A stretch of 64,000 bases of DNA from a virus. Lineage: Duplodnaviria > Caudoviricetes. The notes under the pieces were generated by a model that saw only the letters and a program-made list of their open reading frames with translations, was not told the DNA's origin and did not search any database. Below, piece by piece: positions 61,265 through 64,000 of this stretch (position 1 is the stretch's first letter; the number at the start of each line of letters is the position of its first letter). The stretch is taken from IMG/VR virus record IMGVR_UViG_3300033075_000861, positions 20,291-84,290 of that record; one strand, 5' to 3'. The position numbers and the translations under genes are program-made.

Positions 61265-61930
61265 GTGGCAGAAGGGCAAATGGTATCGCTGTCTGATCTG
61301 ATGTCCGAGGTCCGCTCCCGCCGCGTTTTCGACACGGCCCTGAACCTCAAGGTCTATGACGGCGAAAGCCGTCTCGCGGTGATCACCGGCCCCAACTGCT
61401 CGGGGAAATCGGTTTTCCGCAAGGTACTGCACGGCGTCTGCAACGACCGGAGTATCCTCTACGTCAACACGTCCCTGGAGGATCGATGCAACTCGTCGGG
61501 CCTCAAGCGGATCATGATGTACGGGACCGAGACAGACGAGTCCACCGGCTACAACAGTGCGAAGGGCTTCCTCAAGGCCCTCCAGTCCAGCCAGAGCTAC
61601 GAGCGGCAGCATGTCCTCTTTTTCGATGAGCCGGACGTGGGCCTGGCCGACGAGTACTGTGCGGCTATGGGTCACAGGCTTGCCCAATTCGTCACATCGA
61701 CTCCTGAACAGTGCCTGGGCGTCTTCTTGGTCACCCATAACAGACATCTCGTCCGCCCCCTCCTGCCCCTGAGGCCCTATCACGCGGCCTTGGGAACCCA
61801 GCCTCTCACCCTGGAGCAGTGGGCTGCCAGGGAGATCGTCCCAGGCGATCTGGACAGTCTCTTGGTGGGCGGGCGTGAGACATGGCACAAAGTGCAGGAG
61901 GTCATCAACAAGAGGAAGGCCGGTGGCTAA
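61265..61930 (+). CDS. ABC/AAA-type ATPase
   Basis: GPNCSGKS, FFDEPDVGL, LVTHN. Confidence 0.75.
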   Translation: MAEGQMVSLSDLMSEVRSRRVFDTALNLKVYDGESRLAVITGPNCSGKSVFRKVLHGVCNDRSILYVNTSLEDRCNSSGLKRIMMYGTETDESTGYNSAKGFLKALQSSQSYERQHVLFFDEPDVGLADEYCAAMGHRLAQFVTSTPEQCLGVFLVTHNRHLVRPLLPLRPYHAALGTQPLTLEQWAAREIVPGDLDSLLVGGRETWHKVQEVINKRKAGG

Positions 61931-61933
61931 ATA
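61927..61933 (+). promoter_or_regulatory. Putative late promoter CTAAATA
   Basis: 6 nt upstream of ATG 61940. Confidence 0.55.
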
Positions 61934-61939
61934 CCACCG

Positions 61940-62476
61940 ATGGACACCGCACAAACCAATTTGACCGGCTTCAGGGAACACCTCGCGGCTCGCCGCCAGT
62001 GCGGCGAGCCTCTGCTGTTCCTGAAGGCCAGCGAGCATCTCGATGAAGGAGCCGAGGCCACCCGCTACTCCATCGAGGTCAACTACCGCACGACGGCGGA
62101 CGAGACGCTGGAGTCGTTCGCCAAGATCGCCCTGGGCTACGTCTCCGCTGGGGTCAAGCAGAACAACTACCACGTCAAGCACGTCTACACCGAAAAGCCT
62201 GTCAGGATAATGGTTTCCAGCCGAAACTGGGACGACGGCGAGTGGGTCGTCCTCGTCTCCTGGCACGACAAGGACCGCTGCTTTGTGCTGTCGAAGGGGT
62301 TCTACAACAAGGACCGCCACACCGTCTCCGTCCAGGGGTCCGAGAAGTGCAAAGGGGAGTCGGCAGCCGAGATCACCAAGGCCGTGATCAACATGCTGCA
62401 CTCGCTCAAGGGCGTCAAGGACAGGCACCAAGAGAAGCTCAAGCCGGTGCCCCTCAAGAGGGGACCGAAGACCTGA
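61940..62476 (+). CDS. Hypothetical protein
   Basis: CTAAATA motif 6 nt upstream; TGFREHL near the N-terminus. Confidence 0.65.
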   Translation: MDTAQTNLTGFREHLAARRQCGEPLLFLKASEHLDEGAEATRYSIEVNYRTTADETLESFAKIALGYVSAGVKQNNYHVKHVYTEKPVRIMVSSRNWDDGEWVVLVSWHDKDRCFVLSKGFYNKDRHTVSVQGSEKCKGESAAEITKAVINMLHSLKGVKDRHQEKLKPVPLKRGPKT

Positions 62477-62709
62477 GTAGGCGATCCTCTTCTCATCGAC
62501 GCACGTCGCTCTTCCCACCTTTGCCAATTCCGCACACGGACCTCTGGCTGCTCGACCAGGGGTCCGTAACTTTTATCAAACCGCAACTTGTTGACATCTA
62601 ACGACTTACAGCATGATTGCTGCTGAAATGGTGCGTCTGGTGGCGGGAATGGCTCGTCGCGTGCTAGTAATGGGGCGAGGACATACAGGAAGTGAGGCTC
62701 TCTTTCCGA

Positions 62710-62737
62710 TTGACTCTGGGCTGACATCAGTTATACT
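62710..62737 (+). promoter_or_regulatory. Sigma70-type promoter
   Basis: TTGACT-16 nt-TATACT. Confidence 0.6.
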
Positions 62738-62809
62738 GGGCGTGCGGGAGAACCCTATAGCCCGACAGAGGAGTCGGAGGGAGCCTATGGAGACGACCTA
62801 AGGAGTATT

Positions 62810-63067
62810 GTGATGTTCCCTTTTTTCAGTCGCCGTGCGGGTCGCTGGGTCACGGGTGAGAAGTGCCTTTGCGGACACACCAAGAGTGAACACGGAAGCA
62901 GACTGATCCGGGGCAAAACCTGCCATGTCAGACAGCCCAACGAAGGCGGCTGCACCTGTGACTGCTCCTGCAAGAACTTCACCTGGGCCGGGTGGGTCTA
63001 CGCACCGGAGCCTGTGGAAGTCGAGGTGCCCGTCGAAGAGGTCGAAGAGGATGTCGCCGCAGCCTGA
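62810..63067 (+). CDS. Small Cys/His-rich protein
   Basis: CLCGH..SEH...CTCDCSCKNF; AAGGAG RBS. Confidence 0.55.
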   Translation: MMFPFFSRRAGRWVTGEKCLCGHTKSEHGSRLIRGKTCHVRQPNEGGCTCDCSCKNFTWAGWVYAPEPVEVEVPVEEVEEDVAAA

Positions 63068-63621
63068 CTCAGAAGGCCAAGGACGATTTGCACATCATCC
63101 CAAACCAGAGGTTTCGCTGACTGATTCCTCAGCAGGTAGCTCGGGTGGTAGGTGCATACGACGCTAATGCCCCCGAGTTCAATCATTTCTCCTCGTAAGG
63201 CTGAGATGCTGGGGACTGCCCTCTCCAGTACGGCTTCCGCAGCGACGGCCCCCAGGCAAAGGATGACCTGGGGGCCGACCGTCTTTATCTGGAGCTTGAG
63301 GTACGGGCGGCAGGCCGCGATCTCGTCGGGCCTGGGCGTCCGGTTCGCCGGCGGGCGGCATTTCACGGCGTTGGCGACGAACACGTCCTCGCGGCGGATG
63401 CCCGCCGCAGCCAGGATGTTATTCAACAGTTCGCCCGCCTTGCCGATGAAGGGCACCCCCTCGCGGTCCTCGTTCTCACCCGGACCCTCCCCTACGAGCA
63501 TCAGCCTGGTGTCGTGATTGCCGGCCCCTGGGACCGTGCGGTTGCGGCACTCATGCAGGCGGCACTTCGTGCAGCCTGCAATCACGTCCGCTATCATCTC
63601 AAGCCGTCGTGCGGGGTCCAT
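62998..63621 (-). CDS. udg: Uracil-DNA glycosylase family 4
   Basis: CTKC, GEGPG..ED..G.PFIG.AG, KCRPP.NR, YHPSYLLR. Confidence 0.9.
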   Translation of the reverse strand: MDPARRLEMIADVIAGCTKCRLHECRNRTVPGAGNHDTRLMLVGEGPGENEDREGVPFIGKAGELLNNILAAAGIRREDVFVANAVKCRPPANRTPRPDEIAACRPYLKLQIKTVGPQVILCLGAVAAEAVLERAVPSISALRGEMIELGGISVVCTYHPSYLLRNQSAKPLVWDDVQIVLGLLSQAAATSSSTSSTGTSTSTGSGA

Positions 63622-63628
63622 CGTTGCC

Positions 63629-63865
63629 TCAGCTATTCGCGGCCACCAGTTCGTTGACCTGTGTTTCGGTGAGGACGACGTGGTTCGGCCCCCACCGATT
63701 CTTCAAGACGTAGAAGTCCCAGCCGTCAGGGACGAGGATGAGGCTCGCGTAGTAGATGCACTGGCGGGCGACCTGATGCCACTCCTCGGGAGTTTCCAAG
63801 TAGAGAACGTAGGGCCTCACTGGTCTTCCTCCTTGCGGCGACGACGCCCCTTGGGCTTTTTCCAC
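63629..63865 (-). CDS. Hypothetical protein
   Basis: LKNRWG motif. Confidence 0.45.
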   Translation of the reverse strand: MEKAQGASSPQGGRPVRPYVLYLETPEEWHQVARQCIYYASLILVPDGWDFYVLKNRWGPNHVVLTETQVNELVAANS

Positions 63866-64000
63866 CAGTCGGCGGGGTCTTCGTTCGATTCCTCGATCTG
63901 TTTTGCGGCCTTCTTCACGCCAGCCCTGAGTTGATTGACGATATCTCGGGCGACGACCCTGGCGAGGAGGGCGGTGACGATGCCGCCGGCGACAAAGCCG

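Noticed and set aside
61014-61301. 95-aa ORF overlapping the 2H gene
   Set aside because: The only start codon lies 70 nt inside the upstream gene without an RBS; it may be real but I cannot support its boundaries.

Overview
A 64-kb, GC-rich segment of a large T4-superfamily (myovirus/jumbo) phage genome; no host chromosomal context is evident. It holds replication, recombination and nucleotide genes: UvsW-like helicase, gp47/gp46 (Mre11/Rad50), an intein-split ribonucleotide reductase, dihydroorotate dehydrogenase, CTP synthase, a Holliday junction resolvase and a family-4 UDG. It also holds a gp55-like late sigma factor, neck/tail/baseplate genes, a divergent capsid-protein paralog, accessory enzymes (SET domain, papain-like, M14 and M23 peptidases, GT9, ATP-grasp, 2H phosphoesterases) and about ten homing-endonuclease genes or remnants. 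The most unusual part is a ~6-kb minus-strand tRNA operon (14.3-20.3 kb) of 16 Leu/Ser/Phe/Tyr/Cys tRNAs. It has an rrn-like boxB/boxA leader and a 13-bp leader-trailer complement enclosing the cluster. Interleaved are four non-canonical tRNA-like RNAs: a circularly permuted tRNA-Phe-like RNA and a degenerate tRNA-Leu held in the same covarying terminal-stem scaffold, a CCA-ending RNA whose D-loop is expanded into two hairpins, and a T-arm RNA with a multi-hairpin core. Also seen: a predicted -1 frameshift joining gp26-like and gp51-like genes, a CTA(A/C/G)ATA late-promoter motif a few nt upstream of start codons, and a shared N-terminal Fxx(F/Y/W)L motif on several proteins. All RNA structures were folded by eye and protein calls rest on recognised motifs; no searches were run.
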